Positions 12,870 to 26,225 of a stretch of 64,000 bases of DNA are shown piece by piece. Position numbers and translations under genes: made by a program. The notes under the pieces were generated by a model. It searched no databases and had not been told where the DNA came from. It saw nothing but the letters and a program-made list of their open reading frames with translations. The DNA is taken from positions 248,001 to 312,000 of the forward strand of contig NW_026782527.1 in NCBI RefSeq assembly GCF_031769215.1. Direction: 5' to 3'. How positions within the stretch are numbered: the first letter of the stretch is position 1; each line of letters opens with the position of its first letter. This DNA is from Ylistrum balloti (lineage: Eukaryota).

Positions 12870-13335
12870 TAGCATAGAGTCTCCACTCTGTCAGTCTGTC
12901 TATCTTCCCATCTGCCCTTTCATGTCCAGCGCACAGTTAAGCAAGGATCATGAAATGTGATGCAAATGCTTGTCATTTATTAAGATCTGACGTCAAAGGC
13001 CCGCAACCCATCAATTACAGAGTTATTGTCCTTTGTTAGAATTTCATGTCCAGAGTATAACTTTGCTTGCATTCAAACTAGGGTTGTGAAACCTCATGTA
13101 TACATTGGTCGTAATAAGACAATATGCTGTGTACCAAATTCAGGGCCTGCAAATTCTGAAATACAGAATTATTGCCCTTTGTTACTTTTTCATGCCCAGA
13201 CCATAACTTTGCTTGCATTTTAAGTAGGATAACAAAACTTGGTGTATACATTGGTCATACTAAAAGGATGTGCAGTGTACCAAATTTAGGGCTCACAACC
13301 CCTTGTAAACAGAATAATTGCCCTTTGTTAAAATT
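12870..13335. mobile_element. HINE-like (Helentron-associated) element with 146-bp core repeats
   Basis: Degenerate (GTCT)n/(CATCT) leader, then core units anchored by AGARTWATTGYCCTTTGTTA at about 13019, 13165 and 13311. Confidence 0.65.
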
Positions 13336-16300
13336 TGGTGATCATGGAATTTCTGAAACAAAATTATACCAAATAAGTTCATGTTTCATGATTACTGTTA
13401 CTTTATTTAGAAATTTAGAAACATTTCAAGCAATGAATGGGAGTCATATATATGGCTTAGAGATGTTGTCTACTTTTTTTCGTATTTTTTTCCAAAGAAA
13501 AATAAATTGATTCATTTCACGAATGTCTTGATTAAAAAAAAAGGAAACGAAAACAAAAAATAAGAAAACCATGGCCAGGCAACAACTTCATATCATACTC
13601 AAATTTTCCTGGGCAATGATAGTAGTTATTGGCCGTAAGTCATATCAGTTGTTGAACCGCAGCTGCTGGTTATATGTTTCTGATCAACATGGCAGTAAAT
13701 GCACTGCATTAGATACATTGTAAACATTGATGTATGATTACATTTACTTGGTAATTCCACTTTATCAATTAACCAGGAATCAGCATAATTTGCAATACTG
13801 TAAATGACATTCATCACATGACTGTTTTGTTGTCATAGAGATTATTACCAAATGTATACATTTTCAAAATGACTGTTCCATTTGAAAGATTTGACTGTCA
13901 GTAATCTTTTTGGTATAGTAAGTTATAGTGGCAGGGATTTAAATTCTCTGTATATTCATGGTTATTAAAGATAATGCTAAATTTTTTACCTAAATTATAT
14001 TTAATTGATTCTTAACACAACATGCTAGCATGGAGTTTTCAAACCTAATGCTCCTTATAATGTGAGTTATTTTTTGACAAAGTGTGTTGAATAATTTCAC
14101 TTCCATACACCAACATTGAATCAACTGCTCTGTGATTCTATACATTTTGTGGAATAATGTATCCTGCTTGTAGAAATTATGCCAACAGTAATTTGAAAGA
14201 ATCCTGTTATCAAAGTTTGCAGGTTAATGTATCAGATAGCTTATTGTGTCAGATTTCAACAGATCAATACATGACCCAGTTCTGAAGCTGAAAGTGAAAT
14301 AATAGGGTGAGAGGAATTTTGATAAGCAAAAAGTGAATTTTATTAATTCATGAAAATGTTAATACAATTTTAGCATTGTTCCCTTTATATATATGTAACT
14401 TGTGTATATGATCATCCTACTAGGTCTATATTGATATTTCTTGTAGAAAAATTCCTTTGGTTGTGATGACTGTTTTTGCCCTAAGATTTCTTATCGTACC
14501 ATTAGTTAACATTGGTCAATATTACCATACCGAGATGGATAAGTATATGACCCAGAATAATACCATCATCATTAATTATTCAAATAATGGCTGTATATAC
14601 GTGATTAAAATCCTCACGCTGGATGCCGATCTGTTTGTTGTAGCGATATGGAATTGAAGCTGTTACAATGCTACTGGTTGATCTTTCATCATGCAGGTTG
14701 GGATTGTTATCTTCCTTGCTGTGAAAGGACCTGTTTGATACAGGATGTATAAAAACGTAATCTATACCATCAGGATGAATTCGCATTACAGCTAATTGAA
14801 AGCCTGTATATATTCTAGGATAACTTTCCGAGTGCAGGATATTATTTGTTATCAGGTTACATGATCTGGTATACATAATTTTGTACATATGCAATAGATA
14901 TCTAGTGCATACATGGACATAAGACACAAGTGGGGAGCCTTTGTCAACCACTTTTGTCTTTCTGTCCTGAGCTACAATGCAGCTTATATTTTAAGACATT
15001 GATCATGTATTCCAGTTATCCTGCAACACTGATTGAAAATTCAGACTATTGAAATTTCAGTGGTTTGTTACGGCTGTTCAATCTTAGTTTACACAAGGAA
15101 ATATAGTTGTTACACTTAAGTGGATATGTGAAAGTCAATTTTCTGAATTTTCAAAAATAAAGTCATTTGTTACAACAAACAAGATTGCTTATCTAAAGAT
15201 TTATTGATATTTTTGAATGAAATGTGTCGGTAAATGTGTCGGAGTAATGCACATGCTAAAATACAGCTGTTTTCTGTCACCGTGGATCCAACAAAATGAT
15301 ATGTGGCAAGTGTATTCTGACAATGGCAGTACCAGTGTAGGTTGTATACCTATATATATACACATATGTATACCATATTAAAAGTGTATACTGCATTAAA
15401 AGTGTACATACAACTTGTATGGAGATTTTTAATTTAAAGAAATTTCAAATGATTAAAAATTATTCTTTTGCAAAAGAAGTAGATCAAATCATGGATAAAA
15501 ATTTCTTTTGGATATTTAAAAATTAAAATGAATGCCAAAAATAATCTAGCTCCCAACATTCAGATCATTTATCATAATTATTCTAAACATGAATATCCTG
15601 ACATGATTTTGAAATTGGGAAAACATGGAGGCTTCCAATTGCTGTAAAGACATATAGAAACAGTTTTGCTTAACCATGAGTGTTTTGGTATTGTTCGAAA
15701 CTTGACGGCCATTGTGCTCCTAGTGTCATAGATGACTTAAAACTTAAAACCTAGTTTCATTGATGGTGTTTCCAATTTTTTTAGTTGCTTAATTTTTGCT
15801 TAGTTAATTTTGTGTTTTGTTAGTTCAAGTTTTGTTCTCCAGTTGTCAGAAAGTTTGCCTGATTATGTTCAACGTACATAATGCACCACCACATTTTCTT
15901 GTATACGTTATTGCCAATATTTGCCAGATTTGTATTTGTTATGTGTAAACTTTAAAAATATGGAATTGCTGAGCATTCAACATAAAAATTTACTTTCTTT
16001 CTCCACTTTTAAGGGAATGATGACCTTTGTAAATTTTTTATTTACATGTACATTGTGATATATTGAAGTTTACATAGAGATAAGAGACTGTGGTTGCTTA
16101 CAGTGCTTTTTTTTAAAGATTTTGTTAATTTCAGAAAGGTACTGTAAACATCTGTTTAATTGTAGTGGTGACAGTATTGTTTGGAGTAGACAGCTGGTTG
16201 TCAGTAAATACAGTTTCTTAAACGAAAATTTCATTTAATTAATTAGACAGCTAGGTTGCTCAATATTGCTGTCATCATATGTAGATATATTGTAGATTAA

Positions 16301-16944
16301 ACAATATTCCATTAAAAATCATCTACATATTGTATGTTGTATATGCCTGGCAACCTATTTGTTGTGACATTTGATAATGGTGAGGGAAAACTTTGCCGCC
16401 CTGTCCTATTAAAATCCGTCGCCATCGGCTGGAGTTTAATCCTATATGTTATGAGGCTGGCCTTGACATTAAAGAATTAACAGGGAGTCATACAGTAAAA
16501 GATGGTTAATATGTCGGAATAAAGGACGACACAAAACCTGTGAGTCATGGTTACCATGGCAATACATAGTACAAGGGTTAGTCAGGTCACATGTGTGTAA
16601 TATCAACAGGATATGCAGAAAAAATGTAGTTTGGTTATTTTTGATGTCAGTATTTCTACCATTGATCTTGGGTTGTGTATACAATGAAGGAATGGATGTT
16701 TGATGGATAAGTCTAGTTCAGGCTGATATAATACAGGGCACTTTATTTCTTCTATTTTTTCTGTTGATTTAAGTCAAATGGTGGTGAGACAATATAATGA
16801 ATCTTTTAGTTACATGTACTTGATTCGGTAAGAAGTGATTATCCCTTAACTCTATCATCCAGAGGAGCATTTACACTAAATCATTATTTGTAGCATCAGT
16901 GTTAAATTAGAACAAACATATTTATTTATTTGGTAGTTATTTTG

Positions 16945-17440
16945 CAATAAGCCCATGTCGGTCAAAATACCTTTGGCAATTAAAGGCCATATCTGGCAAA
17001 AAGCCCATGCCTGGCAATAATCCCATGTCTGGCAATTGGCCCATGTCAGACAATTACAGGCTGTGTCTGGCAAAAAGCCCCATGCCTGGCAAAAATCTCA
17101 TGTCTATCAAAAGCCCTTTTCTGAGAAAAAAAACCATTTCTGAGGAATAGCCCATGTCTGGCAGTTAAAGGGCATGTCTGGCGATAAACCTGTGAATGAC
17201 AATAAGCCCAGATTTGATAAAAGCCCATGTGTGGCAATATGTCCATGTCTGGCTATTAAAGGGCATGTCTGGCAATAAACCTGTGACTGACAATAGGTCA
17301 AGATTTGTTAAAAGCCTATGTGTGGCAATTAAAGGTCATGTCTGGCATTAAACCTGTGACTGACAATAAGCCCAGTACATGTCTTGCAATTAAAGGCAGT
17401 GTATGGCGTAAACCCATGCCTGATATTAAGCCCATGTACC
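16945..17440. repeat. Degenerate ~19-20 bp minisatellite with an incipient higher-order repeat
   Basis: Units like AAAGCCCATGTCTGGCAAT. A multimer block starting TAAAGG(G/T)CATGTCTGGC recurs at 17166, 17257 and 17330. Confidence 0.9.
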
Positions 17441-18309
17441 CAAATCTATTGCTGTTTATTAAAGTTAGCTAATATATTTATACATTGTCTTACAATAAGC
17501 CTACCTCCTGACTTTGAATCACAATTTGAATGTTGGCCTCTCAGTATATACTTCTATTTTTAAAATACTTGTTTATATATGTTTCCTTGCTTGTCAAGTA
17601 TCCTTTATCATTAAAGCTTGAACTTTCTTGATAGTGTGTACTTACTTTCATCAGTCTATATATGGACAATGTTGAGTGGATTTGCAAAAATAAGCTAAAC
17701 AGCTAGATGACCTTGATTATTTATGGTATCATTATATACATTTATAAAGTTATTTACATAATCTAGTTAGTAGTCAGAAATTCATATTGTTGATTATTCA
17801 CCTGATCTAACTGCTGAGAACATTTCATAAAAAAACAAACAAACAACTTGAAAGTTTAACATAAAAACATAAGAGTTTTGATAGATAGTCATTAATTACT
17901 GTATTACTCTTATACATGACCGTCCTTTTGAATGTGTGTACATCCTTTCATAGTAAAATACTCTTGTTTTTGTGCCCTTCTGTTTGAAATGTATGTAGCA
18001 TACAAAGATATATCGGGCCTTTCAGCTTATTCTGTAATATATCATGGCTACTTCTAGATACTGACCATAACCATTGGTAATGCCACAAGGTCAGAGGTCA
18101 GGAATCCATTGTCTACTGGTGTGGTATAGTTATATCTTTGAGAAAGCATGTTACTCTTGTTGCCAATTCCATTTGTCTGGTAATAAGCCCACCTCCAAAT
18201 TGTTGAGGCGGAGGAAATATGATTACCACTTACTGCCAGATAGAAATGGTTATGTATGGTCAACATATTGGATGAGTGGAAGAACTAGGGAAACTTCATC
18301 ATTCCAGGC

Positions 18310-18377
18310 AAACTCCCTGACAGGAATCAAACCTGGGTCTCTAGTCCGATATTCCTCACCTCTACCAACTGAGCCAA
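18310..18377 (-). mobile_element. tRNA-derived SINE head or tRNA pseudogene
   Basis: The minus strand reads TGGCTCAGTTGGTAGAG...GGACTAGAGACCCAGGTTTGATTCC, with Pol III A- and B-box-like motifs. The cloverleaf is broken. Confidence 0.6.
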
Positions 18378-18469
18378 AAAAGCATGCTTAGTTAGAGGAG
18401 TGGCAGAGACCATATTTAATACAAGCCATACAGATCAGTTCCTTTAATAGATGTTTTATATATCAGTGT

Positions 18470-19017
18470 TGAGTACAGCATATATTTCAGTGTTAAGGAC
18501 AACATTTTCAATGTTGATTCCTGATGTTGAGTACAGCATATTATTTCAGTGTTGAGTACAGCATATTATTTCAGTGTTGAGTACAGCACATTATTTCAGT
18601 GTTGAGTACAGCATATTATTTCAGTGTTGAGTACAGCACATATTTCAGTGTTGAGTACAGCACATATTTCAGTGTTGAGTACAGCATATTATTTCAGTGT
18701 TGAGTACAGCACATATTTCAGTGTTGAGTACAGCATATTATTTCAGTGTTGAGTACAGCACATATTTCAGTGTTGAGTACAGCACATATTTCAATGTTGA
18801 GTACAGCATATTATTTCAGTGTTGAGTACAGCATATTATTTCAGTGTTGAGTACAGCACATATTTCAGTGTTGAGTACAGCATATTATTTCAGTGTTGAG
18901 TACAGCATATTATTTCAGTGTTGAGTACAGCATATTATTTCAGTGTTGAGGACAACACATATTTCAGTGTTGAGGACAACATTTTTCAATGCTGATTCCA
19001 GATTTTGAGTACAGCAT
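18470..19017. repeat. 24/25-bp minisatellite (about 18 copies)
   Basis: CAGCATATTATTTCAGTGTTGAGTA (25 bp) interspersed with CAGCACATATTTCAGTGTTGAGTA (24 bp). Confidence 0.97.
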
Positions 19018-20003
19018 GTTACTTTTGTGGAATGAATGTTGTTATAACACAACCAGTTGAAGATTTTACTGTGATATTTCCATGACTACACAGTCACCTT
19101 CATCAGGCAAATGACCAGTGTGGAGCATACTAGCACTGACATACGTAGTGTACGAGATGGTAGAGAATCGATCAACTTTTTCATCTGTACTATAAACCTA
19201 TATGTATACTAAGGTCGAAAATAGATGGTAAACAGATTATAGAAAAAAAATACACAAGGAGGTAAAAATGTACTGTAGTCAATTTGACGATATTTGACTC
19301 TAATGATAGAAGTTATACAGGGAGAGTTAAATTTAGAAAGCTGTAGAACTACTTCATATGATGAGCAGATTTTAGTCAAATTTAAAATTCCTCTTTTTTT
19401 TCTGAACAAGATCACAGAATTTGTTCAGCTGTTTTATTTGGAATCAAGTTATCAGCCAGTGAGATGGAAAAAGTATACCAATATAATATGATTTACAGTG
19501 TAGGGTAATGTAAAAGAAAGTAACAGAAACTGAAAACCCAAAGGAAATTACTTTGGAAACAAAATGAATTTTATTTCCTGGTTATGTTATAAATCCTGAA
19601 GGTTTTGATTTAGAATTAAATAGGGAAAAATAAAATTGGATTAACTTAAGATGTATGGTGTTGAGACAGAAGTGCTTACGTGGGTTTTAGATACTAGTAT
19701 AGATATATTCGTGTTCTAGTAATTTTAAGAGTCTAGAAAATATAAAGACAAGACACTGTAAATAATTGATCATCCTTTGCTATATGGATGAGAGAGTAAC
19801 ATGTATGTGTTTAAGTCTAATTTGTATAAGAGATGGAAATTACTGTGGAGCATGCATATCCTAGGCACAGGATACAGGATCTTCAGCGTATTTCACAGAA
19901 CAATTAGGGAGGTCTCCAGTAAGTTATTAGCATTTTCATGACTTGTATATACATTTTTCTGTTTCAAATATATTCAAGTTTATCTAAAATAAAAATCAAT
20001 GCA

Positions 20004-20460
20004 TTATTAGTCTTCCACCGGAGAGGTAATTATAGTTTTGTTTTGTGCCAGTCCGTTCATCCGTATGTCCATGCTTCCTGTCATGCTTTTGCTATCTTGT
20101 CTGGGTTATTTCTTCTAAACGACTAATTACGAGAACTTGATACATGGGATATGGCTTCACCTTGTTCAGATGATGGGTCACATATCAAAAGTAGGTCACT
20201 CTTACCTACATTTTGACCTTTAAGGTACATCAAACAAAAAGGTTTGTCCAGTCCCTATCTCCTACACTACTAATCATGAGAACTTTATATTTGGGATGGT
20301 TATTCACCTTGGTGAGGCGATATGTCACATATCACTGTAACCTTGATTTCCACCTTTGAACTACATCACAGAAAAATAAAATTCTAGGATCTATTCTTTA
20401 CACTTCTAGTCACTGGAACTTCATATTTGGTGTATGGGTTCACCTTGATGAGGTGGTGTC
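20004..20460 (+). mobile_element. HINE-like element (TTATTAGTC...ACCGG 5' type)
   Basis: Starts TTATTAGTCTTCCACCGGAGAGG, followed by a degenerate (GTCC)n leader and about 3 diverged core units (GAACTT.ATATTTGG...TTCACCTTG). Confidence 0.6.
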
Positions 20461-22169
20461 GGTTAAGGGCTGTAATTTTCCGAATTATCCTTAAATTAAA
20501 TTGTACAGATGATACAATAAAAGTAAAGAATGACGTTTCCCCCAAGGATTACCACAAGTACACGAAGCATGGTTTAAATTTACTAGTGAGTTTAAATGAA
20601 ACTTAACGGACAACTCGAAGGTAATGAAGCCTGGTAGCATTGTATACAGTTTCTGAGTACTGATGAGGAATTTGTCGGACATAATATTTCATGCTAGAAT
20701 TTCTATATTCCAAAGTTACCATGGTACCTCTTCAGTCCAAAAATACAAAAATGTGCCATTATAACATGCTGTTTGACATACTGTATATATATCATAATGA
20801 CAAATAAATATCATTCCTTAAGTTAGGTCGCCAATTAAAATATTTGATTTTATTAACAGTACTTATGTATGAGAAGTTAAATAATATCATAGACTTGGAT
20901 AAAATATCTCTGTAATCAAAGTTTTATACAAATGAATAAGGTTTAATTTTTTTCCTCCATAAACATGCAGTATACCCTAGTTATGATTTAGCATCTTGGT
21001 TTAATTAAATCTTAGAATTAAAGAACTAAGAAAATTTCGATCATCTCTGTCTACTCCCTTAATATACGTAGGTTTGAAATGTGTTCATAAGTAAATCGTC
21101 CATACCTGTGACTAGGTATGAGATCAAAGGATATCAGCAGGTTGGTAAGGGAGGTAACTTGGGCTTGAAGTTAATTAGTAGATTGGTGTAGGTTATGCTT
21201 CTTTTGATTTCCCACTTTACAACAATGTCCTAAATCAGGATAACGAGGAAATGTATAAGGACCAATTTGAAGAAAAATGTAAATGCACAAAATGGGTAGG
21301 TCTGATGGTTCATTGGTTGCTTTGTGAGACTTGAACGAACTTCCTAGATTTGATTAGTACAATCAACAGTTATTAACCTCCTAAAACTTCAGGATTGAGT
21401 GAAGCATAACAAACAAAATTACCTCCCCTTACCTCTAATTAATGCAACTATTCAAGATAAATTCTGTCACAAAAACTACATACTTATTCACATTGTTTCT
21501 TACTTTTATAACTGGTGAATAAAATACCCATGTTGCTGTTCATACAGGCTGTACAGTTTTGTATAGGTGTATTTTTCCCAATAGTATTTTTGCATTTGAA
21601 AAGAAAAGAGTGTGGGTGTGCTTTCATTAGTTTTACTGAATTTTTAATCGCTTGTCGATTTGTGTTGTATGGATTAACGACTCGTCATAATTTCTTGTAA
21701 CCAGTTTTATATAAAAAAATGTATAATATTTAGACTCTAATAGATTAAAGAATTATGAAAACACAGATTAATCTAGACAACATCTGGATATGTGTTCAGA
21801 CGCCTGCATACAATATATCATTTGTCTACTCAAAATGGGAAAAATCATAATTGAAATTGTAAAAAGTAATTTCTATATGTATGAACCACTTTAAAGATAG
21901 GCCATATATTGCATAAGTAGCTAAAAAGCTCACATATTGAACACACGATGGTATATTTCTATAGGGCTGTTTTGACGGCATTGAACTTGTCATGTTACAG
22001 ATGTGGGCTACCCATATCTAGCTGATTGTCATTGAGTCAAAGGTGTGCATTTCAGATCAATCACAATATCTGGGAAACGGAACTAACTACAAGGTTCACA
22101 CCTTTTTGGTCTTTTATTGTATATTATGAAGTTTTTTATAGCTAAATATTGCAAAACATGAAGGGTACA

Positions 22170-22710
22170 CTCTGAGGGCAGAAATAGAGACAGGATGAAC
22201 AGAGTTAAAGGCAGAAGCAGGGGGGAAGTACAGCAGCAGGGTTGAAGGGCAGGAGAAGGAGCAAGAGTGAAGGGTAGGAGAAGGAGTAGTGATGAGGGAC
22301 TTTAGCATTGACAGGGGTGAAGGGCATGGGCAGGGTTGAAGTGCAAGGGCAGGGGTAAATGGCAGGAGCAGTGGCAGGGATAAAAGGAAGGAATAGGGAG
22401 AGGGAGGAAGTGGAGGAGCGGGGTTGAAGTGTAGGAGCAGGAGCAAGGATGAAGGGAAGTAGAAAGGCAAGGGATGAAGGGCAGGGGAAGTGGCAGGCGT
22501 AAAGGACATGAGCAGGGGAAGGGGTTAAGGGCAGGAACAGTGGTAGATATGACGGTCAGGAGCAGGGACAGAGATGAGGATCAGGGCCAGGGGCAGGGGT
22601 AAAGTGAAGAAGCAGGGATAAAGGGCAGGAACAGGGGCAAGGATGAAGATAGGTGGATGGCAGGGTGGAGTGGCAGGAGCAAGAGGGAGGGGTTAAGGGT
22701 AAGGGCAGAG
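22170..22710 (+). repeat. G/A-rich strand-asymmetric degenerate short-unit repeat
   Basis: Built from GGGCAGG, AGCAGG and GGTGAA-type units with many GGG/GGGG runs and very few T or C on the + strand. Confidence 0.9.
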
Positions 22711-22899
22711 ACTAGTATTTCATTCCACTCTGGTTCAAGCCTTCATATTCTAGGAAATCATTATAAAGCATATCTGCTTGCCATGTTGATATCTGACAGC
22801 TCTGTTGTGTATGTCATGTGCTACCATATTATCAGAACACCCTTATATAAATAATGGTTGGAAAAAGAAACTGGAATATTGGAATATTGATTTGAGATT

Positions 22900-23264
22900 G
22901 AAACATGTGGTATGTTCTCGTGAGTCGGGTCAATATTTTATCTTGTGTGCCATGCTCCGTGCTATAATACAATATTATAGGGTTGCGTATCGAGGCAAAC
23001 GACTGGCAATGTGTATGAGAATGACTTCATACATGTATCTAGATACTTCAAGAAATTAGCGTCTGTTTCATGTGAATGAGCATCCTAACCCAGTATCTGT
23101 TCGATTGAATTGCTTTAGTTTTGGCAAGACATCAACTTGGAGTGGGATGGACGAGTTGGCACCGCGGTCGGCTACGATCAAGGACACAATCGTGACATGT
23201 GTCAAGTTAAGCAGAAATTGATGAGCATCATACTATTTGTAAAGAACATTAATGACATATTAAG
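22900..23264 (+). other. Candidate alternative non-coding first exon of TULP4 (5' boundary approximate)
   Basis: Local CpG-rich patch (e.g. CACCGCGGTCGGCTACGATC) in a CpG-poor intron, ending at AAG|GTAATT (23264/23265). Confidence 0.35.
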
Positions 23265-25139
23265 GTAATTATCTCCCCTTGTTCGAGACTAATATATTGT
23301 ATCTATTTTGGGGTTCACTGTGAATCGCAGTAGTCCTGGAGTTTTGTGTAGTGTATTTCTATCCCACTAGAGTAGATAGAAAGATGATATTGACAGCAGT
23401 TCTTGTGACTCTGAGTTACTTGAACCATGATGGGTTCAGAACCAGGTCATCAATCTTCATGTGACATATTTTCAATTAGATTCAGATTCCAATTTATCTT
23501 CGGAACATGTTCATTAAGTGATAAGAAACTGGAATATATATATTTATATATGTTTAAAGAAATTAAAAATTACTGTTTCATTATTTTAATAACATCTTAG
23601 TAAGTTGTATGATATCCAGGCTTTAGGCAAGGTAGAACTAAAATCTCCTAACAAGGTTAATACAAATGTTTAGTTACAATGACAGTATGGTAAGAGGAAA
23701 GCTGGTGAACGAGGGTTAGTGTAAACTGGATCAAATGTTTCTAATTTAGGTTTTAATCAACAAGTGAATTATCTCTATCTTCATAAGATTTGGATTAAGA
23801 AGTCAAGTCATTAGATGGGCAGAAATGTGTAAAAATTGCCTTCTGATCCATCATGAGGCTGGTGTAAAATGATCGACAAAGACTATCCCACAGAACACAG
23901 AGAAAAAAGGTTTGTGCTGGGGTGGGGGATCACACATATCATAGACAGACATATCATATCTACCCTTTAATGAAAAAAATAAAGATTTCTCTGCTCTTTA
24001 ATCAAAAATAAACAAATTGACATATACTATAGCTAAGAAAATGTAGAAATTAACCATTTCCTCTGAATACAAAAAAAAAAAAAATTATGAGTAAAAAATG
24101 CATATGTTTACACCTAATATTTAAAGTTTGGGATATAATGTACTTAAATGACACTTGGAATATGACCTATGAAAATTCAAAACATATAAGCTAGACAGAG
24201 TTTTGAATGTTTAATCCTAATGTGGTTGTAAATTATACTGTTATTCCCAGAACTCACACAAAACACTGAAATTGTCATAAGATGTCAGTACCAACATTTT
24301 GTGGCTGTTAAAATGTATATTAAGTCAATTCTCTGAAGGGAACTGATATTCGTTTGAAGTATTGAGGGTATGGGATGACATATATAAAACATTGCTATAT
24401 GTACATACAAAAGTATGGAGGGTGTTTCAGAAAAAAAGTCACCTACAACCTGATGATTAAAATCAGCTGGATTATTCCCGAAAGTGCAGTAGAAACAGGG
24501 TGTCAATCTTATTCATCTATAAAATTCTAAAGTTACGTCTCTTGATGATTGACTTCCTCATCTAATAGCAATGGTAATTCGGAAAGATAATTTATTTTGG
24601 GTTTATTTCTAAAGTAATTAAGATTTTGAAGTGTGTATTAAATCATTCATAGCAATATATTATTTATATTATTTTCAGAATTTGAATTACAATATAATTA
24701 CTGAAAACATCACTATTTTATGGACCAGCCAGTTTTATAGAAAGAAGCCTTCACAGCTGTGTTTGTTAAGTAAGATATATAGATAATAGGTTGAAAGTTT
24801 AGGAAAGGCATTCCACATTTGGACATAGCTGAGATAAATTTTACTATAATCTCTTAAGCTACAAAAAGGTGGACCTATTTTTACTTTACAATCATGTTGA
24901 TAATAATTTTCTCTTGAGGAATTAAATTAGAGAGAAAATATCTACTTCATGAAATGATGCTGAAAGTGTTACGACCAAAGGCTTATACTTCCTGATAAAA
25001 TTTCAAGCTTAAATTCTGCATAAAAAATAAATCTTTGATTTGGAGATGATCAATTTTTTTTTCATTGGACAAACATTTTATTTCCATTTGAGATGTATTA
25101 AATGCAAGCAGTAAATAATGCAAATCCTTGTAGTACTAG

Positions 25140-26225
25140 TTGATCCAGGGTGACCACTGCCCTTCATGAAGGTTGTATATTAGAATTGTAGTGAATTCAG
25201 GATAATCATGAATATCCTTTATAAATGTCACAAAAGATGTTTTGTGGATCCAATGCAACTGATGCCCTTGATTAAGGTCTTAGTAGGTCTGTATTAGATT
25301 CAGGGTGATGGTGAATGCCTTTGATGAATGTCATATTTGATCTGTAGTGGATCCAAGGTGATCGTGAGTGCCCTTGATGAAGGTCGTATTAGATCTGTAG
25401 TGGATTCAGGATGATCGTGAGTGCCCTTGATGAAGGTCGTATTAGATCTGTAGTGGATTCAGGGTGATGGTGAATGCCCTTGATGAAGGTCGTATTAGAT
25501 CTGTAGTGGATTCAGGGTGATGGTGAATGTCCTTGATGATGGTCTTATTAGATCTGTAGTGGATTCAGGGTGATGGTGAATGTCCTTGATGATGGTCTTA
25601 TTAGATCTGTAGTGGATTCAGAGTGATGGTGAATGTCCTTGATGATGGTCTTATTAGATCTGTAGTGGATTCAGGGTGATGGTGAATGCCCTTGATGAAG
25701 GTCGTATTAGATCTGTAGTGGATTCAGGGTGATGGTGAATGCCCTTGATGATGGTCTTATTAGATCTGTAGTGGATTCAGAGTGATGGTGAATGTCCTTG
25801 ATGATGGTCTTATTAGATCTGTAGTGGATTCAGGGTGATGGTGAGTGCCCTTGATGAAGGTCGTAGAACTGTAGTGGATTCAAGGTGATAAAGAATATCC
25901 TTGATCAATGTCACATAAGCTTGTAATTGACGAATTTAAATGCTGTATTAGATCTATAGTGGATCCAAGGGGAATCATTCCCTTTTGATGAAGATCGTTT
26001 GAGAACTGTAGTGGATCAAGGGGAATCGTTCCCTTTTGATGAAGATGGTTTGAGAACTGTAGTGGATCCTAGGGGATAAGTGCCCTTTTGATGAAGATCA
26101 TTTGAGAACTGTAGTGGATCCAAGGGGATAAGTGCCCTTTTGATGAAGATCGTTTGAGAACTGTAGTGGATCCAAGGGGATAAGTGCCCTTGATTAAGTT
26201 TATGTTAGATTTGTCATGGATCAAG
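25140..26225. repeat. 53-bp/52-bp satellite array with two variant domains
   Basis: Variant A (53 bp, ~25330-25870): CTGTAGTGGATTCAGGGTGATGGTGAATGCCCTTGATGAAGGTCGTATTAGAT. Variant B (52 bp, ~25960-26200): CTGTAGTGGATCCAAGGGGATAAGTGCCCTTTTGATGAAGATCGTTTGAGAA. The edges are diverged. Confidence 0.97.

Noticed and set aside
13026-13510. Pair of similar Cys-containing ORFs
   Set aside because: They are translations of the 146-bp HINE core repeats.
18310-18377. Functional tRNA genes here and at 56285-56347
   Set aside because: Anticodon and T stems are mismatched or deleted, and the B box is altered (GGTTTGAT); treated as tRNA-derived repeats.
19075-19107. Second hammerhead-like motif on the minus strand (CTGATGA...stem...GAAA)
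   Set aside because: Extra unpaired bases flank stem II, stem III is at most 2 bp, and no stem I pairing exists; compatible with chance.
22114-22509. 131-aa Pro/Leu/Ser-rich minus-strand ORF
   Set aside because: Artefact of the G/A-rich tract.
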